The notes: generated by a model from the sequence alone, not told the origin. Shown: positions 1-8,015, counted from the stretch's first letter. The stretch is 42,236 nucleotides of DNA from Gemmatimonadota bacterium (GCA_022360695.1 JAKSCH010000456.1:1-42236), one strand, 5' to 3'. Translations and numbers: made by a program.

Positions 1-190
1 GCACGATCCCGCCGAGGACGATCAGCCAAAGAAGGACGGCGGAGAAGCCGAAGGCGATGCGGCCGGGTAGCTCGCCGACTCGACCGCCCACGCCGACGGG
101 TCCGACCGAGCCCCCGCCCGAGAACTGCCGCTCGCCCGGGCCAAACGCCACCCAGTTCGCGATCAACGCAAACGAAACACCGCTCCTCAA
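1..190 (-). CDS. partial ORF running off the left edge; Gly-rich, hydrophobic putative membrane protein fragment
   Basis: The minus-strand frame reads ...SFALIANWVAFGPGERQFSGGGSVGPVGVGGRVGELPGRIAFGFSAVLLWLIVLGGIV with no stop before position 1. The only candidate start is a TTG at 188-190. No family recognised. Confidence 0.3.
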   Translation of the reverse strand, partial: MRSGVSFALIANWVAFGPGERQFSGGGSVGPVGVGGRVGELPGRIAFGFSAVLLWLIVLGGIV

Positions 191-297
191 ACAATCAACC
201 ACCCGCAGGGTCTACTCGGCCCGGAACCTCCGCACCCTTCTGGGGTCACCACTAGTCTGACCGAAATTTGCCAGGGACTCACCCCGTCTCGAACAGT

Positions 298-312
298 TGT
301 GACACTGTCACA
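298..312. promoter_or_regulatory. perfect 7-1-7 palindrome TGTGACA-C-TGTCACA; candidate operator upstream of the LuxR-type gene
   Basis: The sequence tgtgacactgtcaca was read directly. It lies about 38 nt upstream of the ATG at 350 in a non-coding stretch. Confidence 0.35.
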
Positions 313-349
313 GTGAGCGGTCGCAACGGTTGGTGGTCAAGGAGTCGCT

Positions 350-700
350 ATGCCGCGTATGCATTCGCCTAACCAAGGGTCCGGGGCGTCACTCCTCCGT
401 GACAACGAGTGGCGTGCAGTGGCAACACGCCTCGGCCTGTCGCCTCGTGAAGCCGAGATCACGCGCCTAGCCCTCGCGGACCTTACCGAAGCACGGATCG
501 CTGCAGAGTTAGGTCTATCACCCTCCACCGTACACACGTACACTCGCCGCCTCTATAAGAAGCTCAACGTGGCAAGTCGCGTGCAGCTACTCGTTGCCGT
601 GATGCGAGACTTCCTCGCACACGAGTCTCTCCGACCTGAGGAATGCGCCGCGTTGATTGTCGCACAGATAGACGTCAACTATTCGGACGACGTCTGCTGA
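350..700 (+). CDS. LuxR/GerE-family helix-turn-helix transcriptional regulator (stand-alone DNA-binding domain)
   Basis: LSPREAEITRLALADLTEARIAAELGLSPSTVHTYTRRLYKKLNV is a typical GerE/LuxR C-terminal HTH. An AAGGAG Shine-Dalgarno lies 6 nt upstream of the ATG. Confidence 0.85.
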   Translation: MPRMHSPNQGSGASLLRDNEWRAVATRLGLSPREAEITRLALADLTEARIAAELGLSPSTVHTYTRRLYKKLNVASRVQLLVAVMRDFLAHESLRPEECAALIVAQIDVNYSDDVC

Positions 701-778
701 GTCACTTGTCCATGTCCCAGTTGACTGCCATCAATAACTGACCCAGTAGAGCGACCCACCACACGTAGCAAGGCCCAA

Positions 779-1435
779 ATGACAACACCTTCTCCGCAGC
801 GCAGCCCTGGCTCGGGCTCTCCGTCTCACCCTCCTCTGAAACGGCATCGCATGTTCCCGATCGTCGTGCTGGCGACAGTCGCGCTGGTAGTGGCAAACGG
901 AATCTTACTCCGCCGTAATGTCGATCTGGTCGTCCGTGTTGAAGCCCTTCAGCAAAATCGCACCCGCTCGATGGTGCTCGAAGTAGGCGCCACCCTGCCG
1001 GACCTCAACGGCATCGGCCTCGACAATCGCCCGATCAGTATCACCTATCCCGACACGAGGGAGACAATCTTCTTCATCTTCTCAACGACTTGTCCACTGT
1101 GCGACGCCAACTGGCCGTACTGGCACGCGTTGGAGGGCAGAGTAGACAGAAGCCGATTTCGCGTCGTGTACGCCAACCTCTCCGACGAGATGTCCGAGGC
1201 ATACGCGCGTCAGCATTCGTTCGGTCTGGACGCCCCCGTCGTGTCGAAGGTCGACCCACAAAGCTCGCTTGACTACAAGCTCAGCCTGACGCCCCTGTTG
1301 GTGCTGGCTGACGAAAACGGTGTGGTGCGATCCGTGTGGCCGGGAATAACGAGAGACGAAGCGCGCCAGGAGATCGAATCGGCATTCGGCGTGTCTCTCG
1401 GAGATGTCACACTCGCTGTCGAAGAGACTGGGTGA
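779..1435 (+). CDS. membrane-anchored TlpA/thioredoxin-fold thiol:disulfide oxidoreductase (CPLC motif)
   Basis: N-terminal TM segment MFPIVVLATVALVVANGILL. The remainder has redoxin-like spacing, with FFIFSTTCPLCDANWP (CxxC) and a late LLVLADENGVV strand. The start is uncertain (ATG 779 or ATG 851). Confidence 0.7.
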   Translation: MTTPSPQRSPGSGSPSHPPLKRHRMFPIVVLATVALVVANGILLRRNVDLVVRVEALQQNRTRSMVLEVGATLPDLNGIGLDNRPISITYPDTRETIFFIFSTTCPLCDANWPYWHALEGRVDRSRFRVVYANLSDEMSEAYARQHSFGLDAPVVSKVDPQSSLDYKLSLTPLLVLADENGVVRSVWPGITRDEARQEIESAFGVSLGDVTLAVEETG

Positions 1436-1561
1436 TTTGGTTGACTAGTTGTGGGTGATCGGTTGTCGGTTACCCAGTCGCGCGTTCTCGGTGTGGCACC
1501 TCCGCGCGCAACCACTGTGTCCCGAGCCCCCCGAGAGGCTCGAGCGAAGGAGGACGGTACG

Positions 1562-1795
1562 ATGAGGCAAATCACTAGCGGACCTGTGAAGGTGTGGTTG
1601 TCGCGCGTCGCAGTCGCGCTGCTCATTGCAATAGCCTTCAGCGCCGTGGGGTTAACTGTTCAACAGGCTCGGGCGTCGGTGTTCCCATGTCACAATGACT
1701 CGTGCAACGCCGGTTCGAACGCTCACTGCAAGCTGTTGGACTGCGACTATTGCGACCAGCAGGAACTAACGTGCAAGGAAAGCGGTCTGCAGTAG
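1562..1795 (+). CDS. small exported Cys-rich peptide precursor (77 aa; 6 Cys in the C-terminal 39 aa)
   Basis: AAGGAGGA lies just upstream of the ATG at 1562. The signal-like N-terminus VWLSRVAVALLIAIAFSAVGLTVQQARA is followed by SVFPCHNDSCNAGSNAHCKLLDCDYCDQQELTCKESGLQ. The antisense ORFs here are Arg/Pro-rich junk. Codon usage is atypical for the window. Confidence 0.6.
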   Translation: MRQITSGPVKVWLSRVAVALLIAIAFSAVGLTVQQARASVFPCHNDSCNAGSNAHCKLLDCDYCDQQELTCKESGLQ

Positions 1796-1920
1796 CATGA
1801 ACAGACTCTGAGGCTCAGGTTCAGCCTGGGTCGGGGACGAGTCGGCCGCTCCGGCCCGGGCGGCCTCGGGTGCGGTTGAGGCAATCGGTCCAGCACGCCG
1901 TGCGGAAGGAGGCAGGACGC

Positions 1921-3219
1921 GTGTGGAAGCACGGAACGATGTTGAGGGACCGCAGGTTGTACGCGGGTCGGACTAGCGCTTGTGGTGACAACAGCGGCAA
2001 GCTGAGCGAACTGCCTCGGATCGTCGCGGCGATCTCCAGTGCAATCGTGGTTGCCTGTGGTGCCGAGAGGAGCGAAGGGAAGACGGCTGCGCGGGCGGAA
2101 GTCACGCGAGTGGGAGATACGACGATCGTCACGACGTACGGTGAGGTGGTGCCGCGCGCCGCGGACGAGGTGGAGCTGCTTTGGCGCAGTCCGGAGTTGG
2201 AGAATCCGGTCGCCCTCCTGCACGCTGGAACGCGGATCGTTGTTGCGGATCGCGACAGAGTGCATTTGCTGGCCGATGACGGCGAGCACCTCCGAACCGT
2301 CGGACGCGCCGGAGAGGGGCCCGGTGAGTTTCTTTACATCGTTTGGGTTGGCCGCCTCGGGCAAGATACCATCGCAGTCCACGATGCAGTGAACCACCGG
2401 CTGTCGTTCATGACGCGCAACGGAGACTACCTCGGATTCGCTTCGATGCGCCCGCCCCGCTCGTACGCCAATCCGCTCAACGCGAAGGAGCGCGGCGGGC
2501 CGGCGCGCGGGTTCGTTGCAGTCGACGGAGGAGTGATTTCGTTCTGGCGCGATGGTGTCTTTTCGGACGGCTCGCGGCCGACCCGCACGGCTCTCGTATG
2601 GACGGATTGGGTGTCGGACACGGCGACTGTTCGTCGGACGTGGGACGGCGAGCGGTGGATCGGTGAAGGGCCGATCGTCGTACCGAGGGAGCTATTCGGG
2701 CCACGCGTGATCTCGGCAATCGCAAGCGACGGGCGGGTGGCCGTGGGTAATGGTACGGACTATTGCGTCACGATTGAGGCGACCAATGGCGTGCCGGTCC
2801 GGAAGGTGTGTCGCAACCGTACAGCGGCGCCGGTAGGAGACGGGATCCGCAGTCCGGATTTGCGGCGAGTCCGAAGTGCGCCACGTCGAGAGGCCCTAGA
2901 GGTGCTTGTTCGACGCCAAGAGTTGCCACGTCGGCTGCCGCACTTTGATCGGCTGTTCTTCGATGAGCAGGGATGGTTGTGGGTGCGTACGCTTGGCACC
3001 GAGCTGTCTGAGGTTTCTCCATATCTGACGCATGACGTCCCGAGCTTGGTTCCCGATTATCGGATGTGGGACGTATACGACGTTGGCGGCGCGCTTGTCG
3101 CCACGATCTCGCTCCCGTCGAACTTCGAGCCACAGACAGCCACGCCGGCGCGGATCTACGGGTTTGTGGAACTGTCTTCGGGTGAAGTCGCCATCGGCGC
3201 TCTTGCCTTGCCGTTCTGA
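1921..3219 (+). CDS. lipoprotein, 6-bladed beta-propeller (TolB/NHL-like) family
   Basis: AAGGAGG lies 9 nt upstream of the GTG at 1921. Lipobox-like AISSAIVVAC. The GRAGEGPGEF motif and repeated strand-like segments are typical of the bacterial 6-bladed beta-propeller family. Only one clean motif was seen, so the family call is moderate. Confidence 0.6.
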   Translation: MWKHGTMLRDRRLYAGRTSACGDNSGKLSELPRIVAAISSAIVVACGAERSEGKTAARAEVTRVGDTTIVTTYGEVVPRAADEVELLWRSPELENPVALLHAGTRIVVADRDRVHLLADDGEHLRTVGRAGEGPGEFLYIVWVGRLGQDTIAVHDAVNHRLSFMTRNGDYLGFASMRPPRSYANPLNAKERGGPARGFVAVDGGVISFWRDGVFSDGSRPTRTALVWTDWVSDTATVRRTWDGERWIGEGPIVVPRELFGPRVISAIASDGRVAVGNGTDYCVTIEATNGVPVRKVCRNRTAAPVGDGIRSPDLRRVRSAPRREALEVLVRRQELPRRLPHFDRLFFDEQGWLWVRTLGTELSEVSPYLTHDVPSLVPDYRMWDVYDVGGALVATISLPSNFEPQTATPARIYGFVELSSGEVAIGALALPF

Positions 3220-3243
3220 GCCCGCGGCGCGTACGGCTAATTG

Positions 3244-4023
3244 ATGATCCGGGGGAAGACGACCGGCGTCGTTGCAGCATGCGTGCTCGCCTGTCTCGCA
3301 GTGAGCTCGCTGGAGGCCCAGGACGACCGTGGATGCGCAGTGTACGGCGTCGTTGTCGATGAGGTTTCTACGAGGGGCATCGGTGGCGCTTCGGTGTGGG
3401 TCGAGCGCGGCGATGGCGAGCTGGTGGTGGGGAAGGCCACGTCGAAAGACGGTGCATTTTCGTTCGACCTCGACGATTGCGGATTCACCGTCGTCCGGGT
3501 GGATATGCTTGGGTACGAGTCGATGCGACAGTCGGTCGAACTCGAAACGGGCCAGGTCGAAGTTCAAATGACCCTGCGGCTTCCAAGGGCGCCTCTTCAG
3601 CTTCAGGAGCTCGCCGTCGCGATCCCACGGTCGCTGCGTCTGCAACGAGCGGGGTTCTACGCTCGCAGAGCGTGGGTCGAATCGACCGGTCAGGACTACG
3701 CGAACTTCTTCGGTCCTGATGAAGTTAGAAGTAGAGCGCGAGCGCAACACACCGTTGGCAGGATTGCTCTATCATCGCGCATCCGGACCGTCTATAGTGG
3801 CTGTCGACCCTCCGTCTATCTAAACGGCCGGCGGATCGCGGCGCCGACGCGACGCGCACTGTGGGAACGCGTCGACAGAGCCGTTAGTACGTCAGACGTG
3901 GAAGGCATCGAAATCTATCGAGCATTGTCGGTTGCCGTGCCAGAGGAGTTTCGGGACTACGATTCGACGCGGTGCGGTGCCGTCGTTGTCTGGACGAAGG
4001 AGGGGGGTGCCGCAACGCCTTAG
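3244..4023 (+). CDS. exported carboxypeptidase-regulatory-like (CarboxypepD_reg) domain protein with TonB-plug-like C-terminal region
   Basis: Signal peptide GVVAACVLACLAVSSLEAQ. VYGVVVDEVSTRGIGGASVWV...TSKDGAFSF is CarboxypepD_reg-like. The C-terminal VEGIEIYRAL...GAVVVWTKEG resembles a plug-domain end. Confidence 0.7.
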   Translation: MIRGKTTGVVAACVLACLAVSSLEAQDDRGCAVYGVVVDEVSTRGIGGASVWVERGDGELVVGKATSKDGAFSFDLDDCGFTVVRVDMLGYESMRQSVELETGQVEVQMTLRLPRAPLQLQELAVAIPRSLRLQRAGFYARRAWVESTGQDYANFFGPDEVRSRARAQHTVGRIALSSRIRTVYSGCRPSVYLNGRRIAAPTRRALWERVDRAVSTSDVEGIEIYRALSVAVPEEFRDYDSTRCGAVVVWTKEGGAATP

Positions 4024-4063
4024 GTGGAGTCTGGCGACGTGAACACGATGCACTTCGCGCAGC

Positions 4064-4492
4064 TCACCGGCAGATCTCGCGGAAGGACTCGACGCTCGCG
4101 AAGACCGCCGCGCCCTCGTGCCACCGACGCTCTTCGCCTACCCGCGCCTCGATCTGGGTCTCGGCGCGCTCCCGCAGGTTGTCGCAGTCCACGCGCAGCA
4201 CCGCGCTCGTGCCTTCCCTCAACTGGTTGAGGATCCCGTCGCTGTTCTTGAACGAGAGCTCGGTACGAATCGGGCGCGTGTCCATCCAGACGCGATTATC
4301 GGGCGCGCGGATCGAGCTCACATTGAAGAAATACGGGTGCGTCATCACCTGCGTGAACGTCCCACCGAGCTCGAAGACGACGCCGGGCGCCGCGTTCTCC
4401 GTCGGGGCCGCCGCCCCCGTCCGTGCCAGCCCGGATGTCAGCAGCGCGCCGAGCGCCACGAACAGCACCGCGGTAACCTTCGACTTCTGCAT
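4064..4492 (-). CDS. exported hypothetical protein
   Basis: Signal peptide MQKSKVTAVLFVALGALLTSGLA. Normal amino-acid composition, unlike the overlapping frames. Lies downstream of the heme-c/monooxygenase-like gene on the same strand. Confidence 0.55.
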   Translation of the reverse strand: MQKSKVTAVLFVALGALLTSGLARTGAAAPTENAAPGVVFELGGTFTQVMTHPYFFNVSSIRAPDNRVWMDTRPIRTELSFKNSDGILNQLREGTSAVLRVDCDNLRERAETQIEARVGEERRWHEGAAVFASVESFREICR

Positions 4493-4610
4493 TCTCGGCC
4501 CCCTTGAAAGCGAATGGGCGGGCTGTCTTCACGACCGGCCCGCCCATATCGCGAGGTTCTGGCGTGGCGTCGGACACCGGCGAGGCGCCGGCGTCGACGC
4601 ATCGGAGGCG

Positions 4611-6023
4611 TTAGGGATTCTCGTCGTTCGAGCTCGATGAGCTCTCTTCCGCTTCCGCCAGCTCCCTCGCCGCCTCGCGCGCGGCCACCAGCTCCTCGAA
4701 CTCGGTTTGATCCAGATAGGTCACGTCGACCCACAGGTGCGCCATCTCATCGACCGTGCGATCCCCCCAGTCGACCCACTGCTCGGGGTCGGGGTTGTTG
4801 GGGTTCTCGGCCGTGTTGTCGTGCCACGCCGTGATGACCAGCGTCGTCCCCGCAGGGAGGAGCGGCGCGGCGTCGTCCTCGTAGATGTAGTTGACGTGCC
4901 AATTCCACTGGAAGTTGTCGACCTGGCTGATCAGCTCTTTGCGACCGTCCGGATAGATTGCTTCGAGCGACATCGCCTTGCCGCGCATGTGCATGTGCGG
5001 CTGGAAGTTCTCGAGTCGAGCCGGCCAGCGGAGCACGTGGTGGTCCTGGGTCACCGCGATCTGGTTCGGCGGGATGTCCAGACCTGTCGCGCCCGTCGCG
5101 TTGAAGAACATGAGCCGCGTCCGGTTGTCGGGCTCCTGACCCTTCGGGTAGAACCACACGCCCAGCTCGACGTAGCTGTCCACCACCTCTTTGCCCATGG
5201 CGTGGAGGTGGACCTCCCAGCGGATCCGGGAGTTCGGGAGCATGATCTTGCCCGCGCCGTCCGGGAAGACTTCGCCTTCCTTCCCGACCGCCCACTCCAT
5301 GAACAGCCCGCCGCCGCCCATGGCGCCGCCACGCGTGCTCGCCTGGACGATGCTCGCGGCCATCGGACTGTCCTCCTCATCCTGCTCGAGGAAGGCGAGT
5401 ACGTGGTGGGTGATCGTCCGCGCGTCGTTGCCGGCCGGCTTGATCTCGATCGCCTTGACCCAGCGGGGCTCGGTGAGACCGGTCGGCGTCACGGGTCGCC
5501 ACCACTTGTCCTGCGTCTCGGCCGCGAGCGTGTAGGGCTCGGAGGCGACCACGAGATCCGGCTCGCCGTACTCGTCGGCCAGCCGCCAGGCGTTCGGATC
5601 CGGGAACTCCGCGGGCGGCGGGAGGTCGGCCGGGGCGCCCTCGACGCGACCGCCGTCGATCCAGGCGACGATCGTCTCGATCTCTTCGTCGGTCAGCCCG
5701 CGGTCGTTCTTGAACTCCTGGATCCCGACGGTTCGATCGATGTGCCACGGTGGCATCACCCGCTCGGTCACCTTCTCGCGGATCCGCGAGGCCCAGCGGT
5801 ACGTGTCGCGGTACGTGAGGAGCGACATGGGCGCGATCGAGCCCTCCTGGTGACACTCCTGGCAGTTGGTCTGGAGGATCGGCATCACGTCGCGGTTGAA
5901 CGTGACCGCGGCGTCGCCCTCCTGCGCCTGGAGTCCGGTCGCGCCCGCGACCGTCGTGGCGACGAGCGCTGCGCCTGCGGTCGCGATCCAACGCGTCGCG
6001 CGCTTCCGCGTGTCGTCTCTCAT
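4611..6023 (-). CDS. exported c-type cytochrome domain fused to a PHM/DBH-like (copper type II ascorbate-dependent monooxygenase-like) domain
   Basis: Signal peptide, then FNRDVMPILQTNCQECH (CxxCH) and MPPWH. Later come ITHHVLAF, WEVHLHAMGK, QPHMHMRGKAM and DEMAHLW, arranged like the CuH (HH..H) and CuM (HxH..M) ligand sets. The CDS itself is very solid. The domain call is made from memory. Confidence 0.8.
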   Translation of the reverse strand: MRDDTRKRATRWIATAGAALVATTVAGATGLQAQEGDAAVTFNRDVMPILQTNCQECHQEGSIAPMSLLTYRDTYRWASRIREKVTERVMPPWHIDRTVGIQEFKNDRGLTDEEIETIVAWIDGGRVEGAPADLPPPAEFPDPNAWRLADEYGEPDLVVASEPYTLAAETQDKWWRPVTPTGLTEPRWVKAIEIKPAGNDARTITHHVLAFLEQDEEDSPMAASIVQASTRGGAMGGGGLFMEWAVGKEGEVFPDGAGKIMLPNSRIRWEVHLHAMGKEVVDSYVELGVWFYPKGQEPDNRTRLMFFNATGATGLDIPPNQIAVTQDHHVLRWPARLENFQPHMHMRGKAMSLEAIYPDGRKELISQVDNFQWNWHVNYIYEDDAAPLLPAGTTLVITAWHDNTAENPNNPDPEQWVDWGDRTVDEMAHLWVDVTYLDQTEFEELVAAREAARELAEAEESSSSSNDENP

Positions 6024-6102
6024 GGTGCGCTCCTCTCGGTTTGTCTCGCGGCCCTGGCCGCCGCTCGGGTCTCGTGCTCGTGGGTCGGTTCGACCCGACG
6101 CG

Positions 6103-6945
6103 TCACGGCGTCACCGTGACGGCGAGGAACCCGTTCGTCCAACAGCATTGCGCGTGTCCGGCGGTCGCGACGCCCGAAGCGTCGTTGGCGCGGACACGAA
6201 GTATGTAGTCACCCGGCTCGCTGAACATCACCGGGGTGGTCATCTCGGCGCCACTCGACGGCACCGTCGCCGTACGCTCGCCGAACTCGACGTCGCCCGG
6301 TCCTTGATGCTTGAACCAGGTGAGATCCACCGGGGCCGCGTCCGCTCCACTCGCCCGAACGCTGCTCCGTCCGACGCCGTCGTCCTCGGCCCACACCGTA
6401 ACGGTGAACGGCTCGCCCGCCGTCGCCGTGAGCGGACCGCCCCATGCGCCGGCAGGCCCGGCTCCGGGCGCCCCGTCGCCGAACCTCAGCGTGGGCGGCG
6501 TGTTGCCACCGCCCGCCTCGCCCTTCAAGGCATCGATCTGCCAATCGCGGTGGAGGTGGCCCGGGACGCTGAACGTCTCGCCCCGCACCGTGAGGGTCCA
6601 GTAGACCTTCTCTTCGCCGAAGTCCGCGGGAACCTTGACGACGAACACGCCGAAGTGGCGCCGCGGCGCGAACAGGGTCGGTTGGGCGCCCTGAAACTCG
6701 GCCGGCTCGATCATGTTGTCGGGCCCGAGCGGGATCTCGACGACTTCGTCGAAGTTGCGGTTCATGTATCCGAACGAGACCGAGATCGTGCCGTCCTCGT
6801 TGGGATACCAACCCTCGTAGGCGGGGGTGACGGTCTGGCCGCTGCCGGAGCGCGTTCCGAGCGGAAGCACCTGGGCGTCGAGCGGAGCGACGCCGGCGCA
6901 CAGCGAACCGAGAACGAGCACCGTCAAGACAGGGCGTCTCGGCAT
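6103..6945 (-). CDS. exported hypothetical protein with Ig/PKD-like C-terminal region
   Basis: An internal start MPRRPVLTVLVLGSLCAGVAPLDAQ gives a clean signal peptide. The upstream 75 codons of the track ORF are Arg/Pro-rich. C-terminal GEPFTVTVWAEDDG...GDYILRVRANDASG looks like a beta-sandwich. Confidence 0.7.
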   Translation of the reverse strand: MPRRPVLTVLVLGSLCAGVAPLDAQVLPLGTRSGSGQTVTPAYEGWYPNEDGTISVSFGYMNRNFDEVVEIPLGPDNMIEPAEFQGAQPTLFAPRRHFGVFVVKVPADFGEEKVYWTLTVRGETFSVPGHLHRDWQIDALKGEAGGGNTPPTLRFGDGAPGAGPAGAWGGPLTATAGEPFTVTVWAEDDGVGRSSVRASGADAAPVDLTWFKHQGPGDVEFGERTATVPSSGAEMTTPVMFSEPGDYILRVRANDASGVATAGHAQCCWTNGFLAVTVTP

Positions 6946-7094
6946 CAACCCTCCAGGACTACAGAGCTTACGACCTTCGGATACGGGGTGGTCGAAGGCC
7001 GCGAATCCGGTCCAACCCGTCAAATCTCGAAGAAACGACCGAGGGACGCAACGTGGCGGCGTCCCTCGGGGCTCGAGGGCGTCGACCGGAGCCG

Positions 7095-8015
7095 CTAACG
7101 ATCCTGGTCGTCGGCCGTCGCGGCGATGGAGGCTTGGATCGCTTTGACCGTTTGGTCGACGCGGTACCACAGCAGCTTCTTGCCCGTCGCGACCGTCGCG
7201 TCGAGGTCGGCGATCGACACGCCGTTGATCGTGGCTTTACCCGCCGCGACGCGCTGCTCGTACCGCACGGTCTCCGGATCCGTCACCATCATGATCGACG
7301 TGATCACGAAGTCATCGTGGATCCCGTCGTTCGTCGTCTCTTCGATCCCGAGCTCGGTGTTCATCCACTCGTGCACCTCGCGGTATCGATAGAACTCGGG
7401 GATGAAGTGGGCATGCGCGTCGTACCAGCGCTCGTTGAGTCGCGCCGCCACGGCCTCCATCCCGGACTGGTTCCCACCGCTGTCGCCGAAGAGGACGATG
7501 TGCTCGAACCCGTGGGCCTCGAGACTCGAGGCGACGTCCTCCAAGACGGCCTCGTACGTCTCCTGGCGGAGGCTGATCGTCCCCGGATACCGCATGTGTC
7601 CGGAGGGCTCGTCGATATCGCCTTCGGGGACGAGCTTGATGATCGGCGCACACAACGCGTTGCCGAGCTCGCGCGCGACACCTTCGCACGCGCCCTGGAG
7701 CACATAGTTGTGCTTGCCGGTGGCGAGGTACGGTCCGTTCTGCTCGATCCCGCCGGTGGTGATGATCGCCGTGGTCTTGCCGGCGGCGAGCGCATCGCGG
7801 ACCTCCATCCACGTCAGCTCCTCGATCCACACCGAGTTGAGCGCCTCGATCGGTCGTTCGGATACGAGCTCTTCCTGGACGCGCCGCTCCCGCTCCTCGA
7901 GCATCCGGGCGCGCTCCTCGGGCGTCATGTTCTGCTGCGCGGCCGAGGCCGCCGGAGCGAGCGAGAGCAAGGAACCGGCGATCGACAGCGCGATCGTACG
8001 AGTGGCGTACCGCAT
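7095..8015 (-). CDS. creatininase-family amidohydrolase, exported
   Basis: AAGGAGG lies 4 nt upstream of the ATG at 8015. Signal peptide MRYATRTIALSIAGSLLSLAPAASA. TTAIITTGGIEQNGPYLATGKH and VLFGDSGGN fit the creatininase/MftE-like family. Confidence 0.85.
   Translation of the reverse strand: MRYATRTIALSIAGSLLSLAPAASAAQQNMTPEERARMLEERERRVQEELVSERPIEALNSVWIEELTWMEVRDALAAGKTTAIITTGGIEQNGPYLATGKHNYVLQGACEGVARELGNALCAPIIKLVPEGDIDEPSGHMRYPGTISLRQETYEAVLEDVASSLEAHGFEHIVLFGDSGGNQSGMEAVAARLNERWYDAHAHFIPEFYRYREVHEWMNTELGIEETTNDGIHDDFVITSIMMVTDPETVRYEQRVAAGKATINGVSIADLDATVATGKKLLWYRVDQTVKAIQASIAATADDQDR

Noticed and set aside
1844-1866. GC-rich inverted repeat GGCCGC...GCGGCC after the small peptide gene; considered as an intrinsic terminator
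   Set aside because: There is no U-tract downstream, the loop is long, and the propeller-gene Shine-Dalgarno follows closely. This is not convincing as a terminator.
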